This document shows positions 20,056 to 31,169 of a stretch of 64,000 bases of DNA, piece by piece. A program made the position numbers and the translations under genes. Where the stretch lies: IMG/VR virus record IMGVR_UViG_2840468577_000004; one strand, 5' to 3'. The first letter of the stretch is position 1. Each line of letters opens with the position of its first letter. The notes beneath the pieces were generated by a model, which was given only the letters and a program-made list of their open reading frames with translations, searched no databases and had not been told where the DNA came from. The stretch is from a virus.

Positions 20056-20793
20056 TTATGCCACATTTTGCTGGTATCTCAATGTTACCTTTCCATCCGC
20101 CAATACAAGCTTTTCATCTTTGACACGAAAGTTAAAGATACAACAGAATACCTCTTCCTCTAAAAAAACATGGCAATGCACATACTCTTTCTTACTCTGA
20201 AAAAAATCGAAAATACTTTCCTGCACAGATGCTATCTTATCTTTTTGATTTCCACACACTTTTTTCAAATTGATCCCCAAAAGTCGATACAGTGTATGCG
20301 GAAAATACTCCACAAACAATGCTTCATCTAACTTTTCTTGATAACCACATAAAAACCGTTCCATCTGGCTTTGAACGGAATCAATTTCTTTTCGCTCAAG
20401 TTCCATTCCCGGAATTTTTCCAGCCACTTTTTTCAAAGTTGAAAGCAAAATTTCCGGATTTAATGTCGGTTTTAAAATATAATCCACTACCCCATTTAGA
20501 AATGTAGCCTTCACATATTCAAATTTATCGTAACTACTCAATATCACAAGCTGCATTTCCGGAAAACGTTTATTTAAAATTTCTGAAAATTCAATTCCAT
20601 CAAGCACAGGCATCACGATATCTGTGAGTACAATACTCGGTTTTGTCTTTTCAATCACTTCCAAGCCTTCCTGCCCGTTGGAAGCTTCACCGACAATTTG
20701 GAAACCTTCCTTTTCCCAATCCAGCATGTGCTTCATTCCTTGACGCATAATAAATTCATCATCAATAATTACCACTTTACAATATTCTGCCAT
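20056..20793 (-). pseudogene. YesN-like response regulator, 3'-truncated by the ICE
   Basis: Intact receiver domain (IDDE, TDIVMP, YILKP) but only 245 aa and no output HTH; last residues (KVTLRYQQNVA) appear ICE-derived. Confidence 0.75.
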
Positions 20794-20870
20794 CCTTACA
20801 CCTCAATCTATAGTCTAAGGACGAAGAATCTTCGACCCTTCGCCCTTTTACCCAACTATATCTTATTATA

Positions 20871-23800
20871 TCACAATTTACTGACATGGAAAGCAATTTC
20901 CAAATTTTTATCCGATGGTATCCGATACTGTTCGTGCACCGGTGCTCCCCAGCTGTCATCTCCTCCAACACCCATCTGTTTTGCAAGAATTCGAACCCAT
21001 GTATAATGTATTTTCGGTAATTCTTCCTGATGTAATGCATTCTCAAGTTCGTACGCGCTATATGGAAGGACGCTGCTCTCAAATGGAATCTCTTCACATG
21101 TAAATTGAAGACCCCTGCCATACTCATCTGTCACTTTCAGCCATCTTGTTCCTACACGATTTCCACACTCCTGAGGAATCAGATAATTCGATAAATTTTC
21201 TTTTGCTGTACCCTCAAAAATGCCAAGTCTTGCACCTTCCATTCGGTCGACATAGTTTTCCTCCGGACCATATCCATAATATTCAAAATTATGATATCTC
21301 TCTTTGAGTTTGAAATCCATTCCGAATGCCGGTATTTCAGGAAGACCTTCTGTCCCTTTGTACAACAAGTGTACATGCACAACACCGTCACCTGACATCA
21401 CATAGGAAATTGTACTGTATGCTTTTGGAATCGTCGGCAGTTCATACTCAAACGTAATCCGAACCTGTTCTTCCAATTCCTCCACTTTCACATCAATGAC
21501 TTTTTGATACAAACCGGCAGTCAGCCACATACTGCGGTCAAATCCCTGTTTTGCCCCACGGTCATTGTCGGTACATGCTCTCCAATAACTCGTCTTCGGC
21601 GCCCGTGTAATATACTCTGTTCCATCATACTGAAGTGATGCAAGACCTCCCTCACTTTTTGAGAACATTGCCAGAAAGCCTTCACCCTTCACTCCAATAT
21701 TGACATCGCCATAAATCACCTGCATCTTTTTCGTCGTTTGTTCTTCCTCTTCCGTAACCTTCTTGACAAATTGTCCAAAACAGATCTCATGTCCTGCATC
21801 TGCCCAAATCGTGTCCTCCGTCAATTCCATTGCCACTTCATAAGTGTACTCTCCAGGCTCATCTATATTTGGATAATCCAATTTCACATACTGTTCTTCT
21901 TGCGCCTGTACAACTACGTTTCGCATACTTTCAAAGACAGGATAACCATCTAGCATCATACGATAGACAAGTGTATAAGCTTCTGTGGAAATAAATAAAT
22001 TCTCATTTTTTATAAGCACTCCATTTTCGTCCGGAGTCAGTTTCACATTCGCATAGAGTTGCTTTACTTCCTGTGCTTTCGGAGAGATTTTTCGATCTGC
22101 ATATACGATTCCATTTGTACAGAATTCATAGTCTGTTGCTCTGTCATCATAATCTCCACCATAAGCAAACACTTCCTCACCTTGCTCATTCTTCCGAAGC
22201 ATCGACTGATCGATATAATCCCAAATAAATCCGCCTTGATACAATTCATATTTTGACTCTAAATCCGTATATAATTTCATGCCACCGCAAGAATTTCCCA
22301 TTGCATGCATATACTCACAACTGATATATGGTTTTTTCGGATCATTACTTAGAAACGCTTCTATCTCCGCCGGCTTTGCATACATACGACTTTCCATATC
22401 ACTAATATGATCAAATTCACGATTCCAGAATACACCCTCATAATGAACTAATCTTGTGTCATCTTTTTCATGGAAATAGTCTGACATCGCCTCAATGCAA
22501 GTACCCGCATAAGATTCATTTCCACAAGACCAAATTAAAATAGATGGATGATTTTTATCTCTTTCAAACATCGATTTCGCCCGATCCAAAACTGCCTCTT
22601 TCCACTCCGGTCTGCTTCCGGGAACATTCCAAGAAGGTTCACACTCCCCCATCTTCTGCCATGAACCGTGGGATTCCAAGTTTGTCTCATCGATGAGATA
22701 AATTCCGTAAATGTCGCACAGACGATACCAAAGACTCTCATTTGGATAATGCGAAGTACGAACTGCATTGATATTGTGCTGTTTCATAAACTCAATATCC
22801 CAAAGCATATCTTCCTTCTTAATAGAACGACCTCTTCGCACATTAAATTCATGCCGGTTCACACCTTTAAATACAATTCGTTTTCCATTGATATGCATTA
22901 CTTTGTCAATCATCTCAAATGTTCGGAATCCAACCAATTCCGGAACTGCTTCGATCAGATTTCCTTTCTGATCTTCCACATACAGATATAATTGATACAA
23001 ATATGGGTCTTCTGCACTCCATGCATGTACATTTTCAACTTCTCCGCTAATTTCACATATAGAGTTTCCCTTTATATTTTTTTCAAAAACAATCTTTTCT
23101 TCTGCATTTAGAAGCACTGCTTTTACTGCACAATCTGTATGTCCCGAAATTTTTAATTTGAGATATAATTTCCCGTTTTTGTAAGAATTGTCCAGTGTGC
23201 TTTTTACAGATAAATCTTCAATATGTGTTTTTGGAACTGCATACAAATACACATCGCGGAAAATTCCGGAAAATCTCCAAAAATCCTGATCCTCCAGCCA
23301 GCTTGCGCTGCTCCGTTTGTAAACTTCAACGGCCAGTTTATTTTCACCGTCCTGAAGATACGGGGTAAGCTCAAACTCCGCAGGTGTAAAACTGTCCTCA
23401 CTGTATCCAATAAACACTCCGTTCAGCCATACATAAAAAGCTGTCTCTACACCTTGGAAGGAAACAAATACCGGTTTATCCTGTAAATTTTTTTCAAGTA
23501 CAAAGTATTTTACATAACTTCCCACCGGGTTATATTCTTTCGATACCATCGGCGGACGCAGATACTCTGTTCCATCCCATGGATACATCGTGTTGATATA
23601 TTGGCATCGGTCATATCCTTGCGTCTGAATATGTCCCGGTACTTCAATCGAATCAAACATTCTGCAATCAAAGTCTTTCTTATAAAAATCTTTCACTCTC
23701 ACAGTCGGATTTTTCGCATAGCTAAAATACCATGTTCCATTCAAAGACTGGCGAAGAGGCATGTCAGCCCCTAACACCATCTCTTCTGTATTTTCATAAT

Positions 23801-23888
23801 AAACATGATCTGAATGTGCTTCTTTTCTATTTACAGCAAACACTTCTGGGTCTTCCAACCATGTAAGTCTTGGTTCACTCATCAACAT
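20871..23888 (-). CDS. lacZ: Beta-galactosidase, glycoside hydrolase family 2
   Basis: 1005 aa; KGVNRHE, NAVRTSHYP, WSCGNES, CEYMHAMGNS, MGVGGDDSW. Confidence 0.95.
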   Translation of the reverse strand: MLMSEPRLTWLEDPEVFAVNRKEAHSDHVYYENTEEMVLGADMPLRQSLNGTWYFSYAKNPTVRVKDFYKKDFDCRMFDSIEVPGHIQTQGYDRCQYINTMYPWDGTEYLRPPMVSKEYNPVGSYVKYFVLEKNLQDKPVFVSFQGVETAFYVWLNGVFIGYSEDSFTPAEFELTPYLQDGENKLAVEVYKRSSASWLEDQDFWRFSGIFRDVYLYAVPKTHIEDLSVKSTLDNSYKNGKLYLKLKISGHTDCAVKAVLLNAEEKIVFEKNIKGNSICEISGEVENVHAWSAEDPYLYQLYLYVEDQKGNLIEAVPELVGFRTFEMIDKVMHINGKRIVFKGVNRHEFNVRRGRSIKKEDMLWDIEFMKQHNINAVRTSHYPNESLWYRLCDIYGIYLIDETNLESHGSWQKMGECEPSWNVPGSRPEWKEAVLDRAKSMFERDKNHPSILIWSCGNESYAGTCIEAMSDYFHEKDDTRLVHYEGVFWNREFDHISDMESRMYAKPAEIEAFLSNDPKKPYISCEYMHAMGNSCGGMKLYTDLESKYELYQGGFIWDYIDQSMLRKNEQGEEVFAYGGDYDDRATDYEFCTNGIVYADRKISPKAQEVKQLYANVKLTPDENGVLIKNENLFISTEAYTLVYRMMLDGYPVFESMRNVVVQAQEEQYVKLDYPNIDEPGEYTYEVAMELTEDTIWADAGHEICFGQFVKKVTEEEEQTTKKMQVIYGDVNIGVKGEGFLAMFSKSEGGLASLQYDGTEYITRAPKTSYWRACTDNDRGAKQGFDRSMWLTAGLYQKVIDVKVEELEEQVRITFEYELPTIPKAYSTISYVMSGDGVVHVHLLYKGTEGLPEIPAFGMDFKLKERYHNFEYYGYGPEENYVDRMEGARLGIFEGTAKENLSNYLIPQECGNRVGTRWLKVTDEYGRGLQFTCEEIPFESSVLPYSAYELENALHQEELPKIHYTWVRILAKQMGVGGDDSWGAPVHEQYRIPSDKNLEIAFHVSKL

Positions 23889-23916
23889 ATCTCTTTCTCC
23901 TTTATTTCTTCTATAT

Positions 23917-24768
23917 TTATCCTTTTACCGAACCTGTCATACCTGCAACAAACTGCTTCTGCATCACAAAGAAAATCAACGCTGTCGGAAGTGTTGCAAT
24001 GACAACCGCAGTCATCATCATACCATAATCCGGTGTATAAGAGGACCCCATTGCCGAAAGTACAAGTGGCAGAGTTCTCTTTTCTGGTGACTGCAATGCA
24101 ATCAACGGCCATAAATAATTGTTCCAGCTTGTCATAAATGTTACAACAATCGCTGCCGCATATGTTGATTTCATCGTTGGCATAAAGATTTTAATAAAAA
24201 TTTTCACTTCTGACAAGCCATCTATTCTTGCTGCTTCAATCAGTTCCTTTGGAAATGTCTGTGCATTTTGTTTGAAAAAGAAAATCAAAAAGGCTGTGGC
24301 AATTGCGATAATAATAACAGCCATTGGTGTATTCAACGCAATTACTTTCAGCGGTCCCATGTTAGAGAATTTACTGAACAACCGGAACAGAGGAACCATC
24401 AATGCTGCAAACGGAACCATCATAGACAGAAAGATAAAATTGAATACCCTTTCTCTAGCTTTTGTTTTGTACACAACAAATGCATATCCCGCCGCTGATG
24501 ACACAACCATCGCAAGCGCTGTTGTAACTATCGCAATTATAATTGAGTTTTTAAATGCATTTACATACTGAAGATCTGACGCCAACAATGTTTTCAGATT
24601 CTCGAAAAAATATGTTCCCGGAATCATTGTTCCTTTTGTAACTTCTACCGACTTGTTTGTTGCCGCCACAATCATCCAAAAGAACGGGAACACCGAAATA
24701 AACGATACAATCGACAAAAAAACATATCGAAATACATTTAACACTTTTTTACGCATCTTTTCCTTCAC
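23917..24768 (-). CDS. Carbohydrate ABC transporter permease (LacG/MalG-type)
   Basis: EAA loop ELIEAARIDG, six TM pattern. Confidence 0.93.
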   Translation of the reverse strand: MKEKMRKKVLNVFRYVFLSIVSFISVFPFFWMIVAATNKSVEVTKGTMIPGTYFFENLKTLLASDLQYVNAFKNSIIIAIVTTALAMVVSSAAGYAFVVYKTKARERVFNFIFLSMMVPFAALMVPLFRLFSKFSNMGPLKVIALNTPMAVIIIAIATAFLIFFFKQNAQTFPKELIEAARIDGLSEVKIFIKIFMPTMKSTYAAAIVVTFMTSWNNYLWPLIALQSPEKRTLPLVLSAMGSSYTPDYGMMMTAVVIATLPTALIFFVMQKQFVAGMTGSVKG

Positions 24769-25522
24769 CTACCTTCTTCTGAATAAATGATAAGACAACT
24801 ATCAACACTACGACAACATAGGAAACTGCTGCTGCATATCCGAAATCTGGTGAATATTTAAACAAGAGATTGTAAATATACTGCGAAATCGTGATTGTCG
24901 CATTTGCCGGTCCTCCCTGGGTAATATTCATCGTTTCATCGAACAGCTGAAGCGTACCAATTGTAGAATTTATTGTCGTAAAAAGAATAATTGGTTTCAG
25001 CAGCGGCAATGTCATATATCTGAATTTTTGGAATGCATTTGCACCGTCAATATTTGCTGCCTCATAAATCGAATCGTCAATGCTCTGTAATCCTGACAGA
25101 TAAAACACCATATTATAACCTGTCCAGCGCCATGTAATCGCAATAATGATCAATATCTTCGCCCAAATCGGATGTGTAATCCATGAAATCGGTTCTGAAA
25201 TCACATGCAGATTCATCAGTAAAGAGTTAATGAAACCATCCGTTGCAAATAAACTTTTAAAAATAATAGAATATGCTACTAATGATGTCACACATGGTAA
25301 AAAGATTGCTGTACGAAATACTCCTCTGAATTTCAGTTTCTTATCATTCAGCATGGACGAAATGACCAATGCCAATAAAATCATAATCGGCACTTGGATA
25401 ACCAAGAACAATACTGTATTTATCAATGCTTTTTTAAATGTTGTATCTGTCAATAATCTCTTATAATTTGTCAACCCATCAAAAGTTAAATTGTTGCCGA
25501 CACCTGTCTGAAATGATGTGAT
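24749..25522 (-). pseudogene. Carbohydrate ABC permease (LacF/MalF-type), 5'-truncated
   Basis: IYEAANIDGA loop; frame extends upstream as ITSFQTGVGNNLTFDGLTNY, then reaches a TAG near 25557 with no ATG or RBS; first TM segment missing. Confidence 0.75.
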
Positions 25523-25570
25523 TTTTGTACTTTTTTTGTAAAATGAAGCAAATTTCTATGCTCGGCACAC

Positions 25571-25608
25571 ATAAAAAATAGATTTCGCTAATACGCAATC
25601 TATTTTTT
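25571..25608 (-). terminator. Putative guaB terminator
   Basis: AAAAAATAGATT...AATCTATTTTTT inverted repeat just after the stop codon. Confidence 0.6.
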
Positions 25609-25619
25609 ACATAATTCTT

Positions 25620-27080
<1,461 letters not shown>

Positions 27081-27215
27081 TCATCCTCTCTTTCTCTTTT
27101 TGGTCTGATTATTGTATAATAATACACTAATAAGGAATACTTATAAATAATTCCTTATATAAACGTTTTTTATAAGGTAGTGTTATATTACAAAAAAGAT
27201 TCGTTTCTGTCAAGA

Positions 27216-27704
27216 CTAAATAAACACTTTTCTCGGCGCAAGCATTTTCATGCCTTCCAAAATCGTTTTATTTGGCTCAAAAATAATTTTCACAGTCTGT
27301 CCCTGAGAGATTGTCACCATCTCATATGTTCTTGCGCCTTCCACTCCGGAACTAAAATCATATGTTTTTGTTCTCTGATACTGCTGCAGTTCAATAGAGC
27401 CTGTAGGTGCAAGTACTTCCATATCTCTTACATTCATCTCAAACACTCTTTTTCTTTTTTGTTTTGCCATAATCTTATCAATATCAAGATCTCCGTTGAC
27501 ATACAGATATTCAAATTCCAGATCAAAACGCTTGAATAAAACGATATCCACAACAACCATAATGACCGGAATAATCATCGCCATCGGAAACAGCAGCACA
27601 AGAAAAAACGACAACACCGTAACTACTATCAACGCTGTCTTTGCTATCATTGATGATGCTTTTGCTTTTTGTTTTACTAATTGTTCTGTGTAATAGTCAC
27701 TCAT
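27216..27704 (-). CDS. Conserved clostridial membrane protein (DUF6106-like)
   Basis: ATG 27704 after GGAGG; two TM; EFEYLYVNGDLDIDKI. Confidence 0.75.
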   Translation of the reverse strand: MSDYYTEQLVKQKAKASSMIAKTALIVVTVLSFFLVLLFPMAMIIPVIMVVVDIVLFKRFDLEFEYLYVNGDLDIDKIMAKQKRKRVFEMNVRDMEVLAPTGSIELQQYQRTKTYDFSSGVEGARTYEMVTISQGQTVKIIFEPNKTILEGMKMLAPRKVFI

Positions 27705-27763
27705 ACTAACCTCCACTTGTAAATTCATATTATTATTGTAGCACAACTTCAATATACTCTACA

Positions 27764-27778
27764 AGCTTTCTTCTAATT
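27764..27778 (+). repeat. Left 15-bp direct repeat bounding the prophage (AGCTTTCTTCTAATT)
   Basis: Identical to 63863-63877. Confidence 0.9.
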
Positions 27779-27934
27779 TAAAAATTTCAACCTTTTTTTC
27801 GACAAAATTTCAATATCGGCATTTTGTACAAAACATATGTACTTTTATTGTATATTCTGTTTCTACTGTTCTTTTTGTAAGCAATCCAATAAGGCTGTAC
27901 CGTTTCCAGCCAGCCATTATACCCTTTTAATAGA

Positions 27935-28987
27935 TTAACTGATTCTTTTAAGTTCTTCATCAAATAACTGCCCTGCTGATTTATACCCATGTATGCGCCT
28001 TGGATACTTATTTATCCACTCTTCCACTGCCTGTATTTCTTCCTCTGTCCGTCCGTCAAAATTTGTACCCTTTGGAACTCGGCGGCGTACCATTTTATTT
28101 GTTACCTCGTTTGTGCCACGCTCCCAACTGCTGTACGGGTGGCAATAATACATTTTGGTTCTTTTCCCCTCGCCTATCGCTGAACGCTCCAACTCTGCGC
28201 AATACGCAAACTCTGTGCCGTTGTCTACTGTGATACTCTTAAACACCGTCTTAAACATTTCGCCCCAGCGTTTCTCTAATCTGTCAACTGCTGCCACTAC
28301 TGCCTCTGCACTGTGATCTGGCAATTTAAAAATAATTTCTGCTCGTGTCTTTCGCTCCGTGAGTGTCAGCAATGTATTTTTCGATTTCCCCCGCTGTCCT
28401 ATTACGCTATCCATTTCCCAATGTCCGAACTCTTCCCGGTTGTTTATTGCTTCTGGTCTGTTTTCTATGCTTTCCCCTGCTTCTACCCTTTTCTGTTTCT
28501 TTACCTTATTATATTTGCGCTTTTTGTTCTTCTTTACTGGCAAATCCTTATTTGTTACCTTTAAAAAGATTCCCTTATCAATATAGCTGTATACTGTAGT
28601 GGTGCATATTCTGGTTTGAAATTCTCCCCAGCGTCCCTCTGCTGTCAGTTCCCCTATGATTGCGTCCGGGCTGTAATCTTCATTTATTATTTTGTCCTCT
28701 ATGTAATTTGCCAGCTTAATATCATTTCCTATCTTTAATTGTGTTCCTCGCACTTTTAAATTTTCCTCATATTTCCGTTGTGCAAGGTCTGCGCTGTATC
28801 TCATTTCTCTTGTATAATCACTGTTCAAATGTTCATATTGCCCACGCTTCAACTCGTTATAAATCGTACTGCGGTGTACATTTAAAATCTCTGCAATCTC
28901 TACAACCTTGTGCCCTGCATTATACAAGGCTTCTAATCTGATTCTATCATTGTGTTTTAATTGTCTGCTACCCTTTTGATTTGCCAT
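27935..28987 (-). CDS. IS30-family DDE transposase (probable phage integration enzyme)
   Basis: N-terminal HTH (VHRSTIYNELKRG); FGHWEMDSV, SITVDNGTEF, HPYSSWERGTNE; DDE triad intact. Confidence 0.93.
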   Translation of the reverse strand: MANQKGSRQLKHNDRIRLEALYNAGHKVVEIAEILNVHRSTIYNELKRGQYEHLNSDYTREMRYSADLAQRKYEENLKVRGTQLKIGNDIKLANYIEDKIINEDYSPDAIIGELTAEGRWGEFQTRICTTTVYSYIDKGIFLKVTNKDLPVKKNKKRKYNKVKKQKRVEAGESIENRPEAINNREEFGHWEMDSVIGQRGKSKNTLLTLTERKTRAEIIFKLPDHSAEAVVAAVDRLEKRWGEMFKTVFKSITVDNGTEFAYCAELERSAIGEGKRTKMYYCHPYSSWERGTNEVTNKMVRRRVPKGTNFDGRTEEEIQAVEEWINKYPRRIHGYKSAGQLFDEELKRIS

Positions 28988-29003
28988 GTTCCCGCCCTCT
29001 TTC

Positions 29004-29038
29004 GTAAAACAAGCCGCAGGCGTTGTTGTCCTGCGGCT
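29004..29038 (-). terminator. Terminator-like hairpin upstream of the transposase
   Basis: AGCCGCAGG-N-CCTGCGGCT followed by TGTTTT on the minus strand. Confidence 0.65.
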
Positions 29039-29054
29039 CTCTGTGTGCTTTTTG

Positions 29055-29219
29055 CTATTTGCCCTGCAATATCTTTTCTACTATCAGCTTTTCAATGTAA
29101 TGCGGGCAGCTCCGTATCCCGTTCTCCCAGTTTGTCAGCGTTCTATATGGTATCTCTAACCATTCCGATACCTCACGCCTGCTCATGCCCCGCTGTTTGC
29201 GTGCCTCTTCAATCGTCAT
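29055..29219 (-). CDS. 54-aa XRE HTH protein (not in the ORF track)
   Basis: MTIEEARKQRGMSRREVSEWLEIPYRTLTNWENGIRSCPHYIEKLIVEKILQGK. Confidence 0.85.
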   Translation of the reverse strand: MTIEEARKQRGMSRREVSEWLEIPYRTLTNWENGIRSCPHYIEKLIVEKILQGK

Positions 29220-29334
29220 TTTATCACGCCCCTTGATTTTCTGTTTTATTCCTGCTATATTTACATTATAGCACTTGGGGCGGTTAGCAGGATTGTTTAG
29301 GTATCCGCCCCTCGTGTGTTCCCTTTATTCTATT

Positions 29335-29466
29335 TTATTTTCTTACTTCTTCAAGAATCTTTTCTATATGTTCTACTGTATGTGTTTCCCCGTTTGTTCT
29401 TGCTACTTCTCTAATTGATACCAACATTGCTATTAAATCGGCTTTGCTCATTTCTTCGTTCTCCAT
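29335..29466 (-). CDS. 43-aa small protein (not in the ORF track)
   Basis: AAAGGAG RBS; MENEEMSKADLIAMLVSIREVARTNGETHTVEHIEKILEEVRK. Confidence 0.7.
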   Translation of the reverse strand: MENEEMSKADLIAMLVSIREVARTNGETHTVEHIEKILEEVRK

Positions 29467-29504
29467 TTTTAACTCCTTTCCTGCTGTTCCCTTGCTACAA
29501 TTAT

Positions 29505-29554
29505 ATTATATACCCATTGAGTACATTTGTCAATCATTTTTTACTCATTGGGTG
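29505..29554 (-). promoter_or_regulatory. Consensus sigma-A promoter with two palindromic operators
   Basis: TTGACA (29528-33), 17 nt, TATAAT (29505-10); TACCCATTGAGTA at 29511-23 and TACTCATTGGGTG at 29542-54. Confidence 0.85.
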
Positions 29555-29587
29555 TATTTTTTATAAAGAAAAACACCATAACTATTG

Positions 29588-29839
29588 TTACAGTGTCCCG
29601 CTTTCGTCTGTCAGCCATTCCATGCTTACGCCCAACGCTTTAGAAAATATTTTCAATTCGTAATCTGTTACAATTCTTGTGCCCCGCTCTATCCGGCTTA
29701 TCGAATCTCTTTCTATTGTAACCCCAGCTACCTGCATACGTGCTGCTAAATCGCTTTGTGTAATTCTGTTTTTCGCTCTCGCCAACCTTATGCGTTCCCC
29801 ACATAAATTATCTTTCCCTTTGTATGCGTATATTTTCAT
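29588..29839 (-). CDS. XRE-family repressor
   Basis: GERIRLARAKNRITQSDLAA...ISRIERGTR. Confidence 0.88.
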   Translation of the reverse strand: MKIYAYKGKDNLCGERIRLARAKNRITQSDLAARMQVAGVTIERDSISRIERGTRIVTDYELKIFSKALGVSMEWLTDESGTL

Positions 29840-29859
29840 TCAGTACGCCCCTATCGTCT

Positions 29860-29927
29860 TTGTGTTAATAATCAGAATTTTTCTTGACTTTACCACATTT
29901 CAAAAGCATAATTGTGTTAAAGGTCAG
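29860..29927 (+). promoter_or_regulatory. Divergent control region with a promoter and two direct repeats
   Basis: TTGACT-17-CATAAT (29884-29912) flanked by TTGTGTTAAnnnTCAG at 29860-75 and 29912-27. Confidence 0.6.
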
Positions 29928-29964
29928 CATGACTATAATTTTCAAACGAAAGAGGGTATTTACT

Positions 29965-30948
29965 ATGTTCATTTCTATCGGTATTGATGAAAACGGGAAA
30001 CCTTTTGTTGCTACGTCTGATAAATCAGAAAAACCCAGCCGCCCAAATAAAGGGCACAGCCTCATTGCCGCACCAGATACTTATACGGTAATCGACATTG
30101 AAACAACCGGGCTGGACTCCCGTTATTGTGAAATCATCGAACTATCCGCACTGCGCTACTCAAACGGTTCTTTAGTTGATTCTTTTACTACTCTTGTTAA
30201 ACCCACCGAACCTATTGACAGCTTTATAACCGAATTGACCGGGATAACAAACGATCTGGTTGCTGATGCTCCCACCATTTCCGATGCAATTAAATCTTTC
30301 TATGATTTTGTCGGTTCTGATATCCTTGTAGGATATAACGTAAATTTCGATATCAATTTTATTTATGACGTATTGCAGGATACGCACAGCATTGATTTTA
30401 CCAATTCCTTTGTTGATGTAATGCGCTTTGCAAGGAAACTGCTGCCGGAACTGAAAAACCACAAACTAGAAACGGTTGCCGCTCATTATAAAGTTTCTTC
30501 CCCGGCGCACCGCTCCTATGCTGATTGTGAAGCCTGCAACACCTGCTATCAAGCATTGCTTTCTGATGCAATTTCACAATACGGGGACTTTGACAGCTTT
30601 AAGGCTTCTTATTCCAGCCGCCAGCTACATGCAAAAGATATTACGGCAACTACAGATAATTTTGATATCAGCCACCCGCTTTACGGCAAGCTCTGTGTAT
30701 TCACTGGCACATTAGAAAAGATGCAGCGTAAAGATGCCATGCAACTTGTGGTAAACCTCGGCGGGCAGTGCGGGGATAACGTCACAGCCAAAACAAATTA
30801 TTTAATTCTCGGCAATAATGATTTTTGCAGTCTCATAAAAGACGGTAAAAGCAATAAACAGAAAAAGGCTGAATCACTTATTTTAAAAGGCAAGGACATA
30901 CAGATTTTATCTGAAAACGTATTTTATGATCTGGTTTTAAATCAGTAG
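29965..30948 (+). CDS. DEDDh (DnaQ-like) 3'-5' exonuclease fused to a BRCT domain
   Basis: VIDIETTGL, YNVNFD, HRSYADC; C-terminal CVFTGTL...LGG...VTAKTNYLILG; start at ATG 29965 is more plausible than 29884. Confidence 0.88.
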   Translation: MFISIGIDENGKPFVATSDKSEKPSRPNKGHSLIAAPDTYTVIDIETTGLDSRYCEIIELSALRYSNGSLVDSFTTLVKPTEPIDSFITELTGITNDLVADAPTISDAIKSFYDFVGSDILVGYNVNFDINFIYDVLQDTHSIDFTNSFVDVMRFARKLLPELKNHKLETVAAHYKVSSPAHRSYADCEACNTCYQALLSDAISQYGDFDSFKASYSSRQLHAKDITATTDNFDISHPLYGKLCVFTGTLEKMQRKDAMQLVVNLGGQCGDNVTAKTNYLILGNNDFCSLIKDGKSNKQKKAESLILKGKDIQILSENVFYDLVLNQ

Positions 30949-30950
30949 GC

Positions 30951-30986
30951 AAAAAGGGTAACGGCTCACACCGCTACCCTTTCTTT
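30951..30986. terminator. Bidirectional terminator between convergent genes
   Basis: AAAAAGGGTAACGG-N-CCGCTACCCTTT. Confidence 0.7.
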
Positions 30987-31168
30987 TATCCTCTCATTGT
31001 TTCTAATGCTTTTTCAATATTGCTATCGCTCAATAATTCATTGCATCGTTTCTGCTGTGCTTCTCCTGTGGCTTCTACATCGTATGCCGGGCACTCGTCA
31101 CAGCCTTTATTGTGCCCGCTACATATTACCAACGCCGCCAAAACTCTGCCCGCTGTTTGTGCGTCCAT
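30986..31168 (-). CDS. Small Cys-rich phage protein
   Basis: 60 aa, C...CDECP...C; directly after the endolysin. Confidence 0.6.
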   Translation of the reverse strand: MDAQTAGRVLAALVICSGHNKGCDECPAYDVEATGEAQQKRCNELLSDSNIEKALETMRG

Positions 31169-31169
31169 A

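Larger units (their letters stand above)
1..20095 (-). mobile_element. Integrative conjugative element (Firmicutes T4SS type), partial; right end in window
   Basis: Co-oriented virB4/prgI/virB6-like/virD4/pcfB plus replication and toprim genes; visibly more GC-rich than the neighbouring host genes; ends inside a response regulator. Boundary approximate; integrase and relaxase lie outside the window. Confidence 0.9.

Noticed and set aside
27779..27810. New promoter formed at the phage circle junction, as in IS30
   Set aside because: Manual joining of the ends gave no correctly spaced -35/-10 pair specific to the junction
29220..29334. Hairpin as a solitary CRISPR repeat (RNA anti-CRISPR)
   Set aside because: No convincing match to repeat consensus ends that I know; left as an unassigned hairpin
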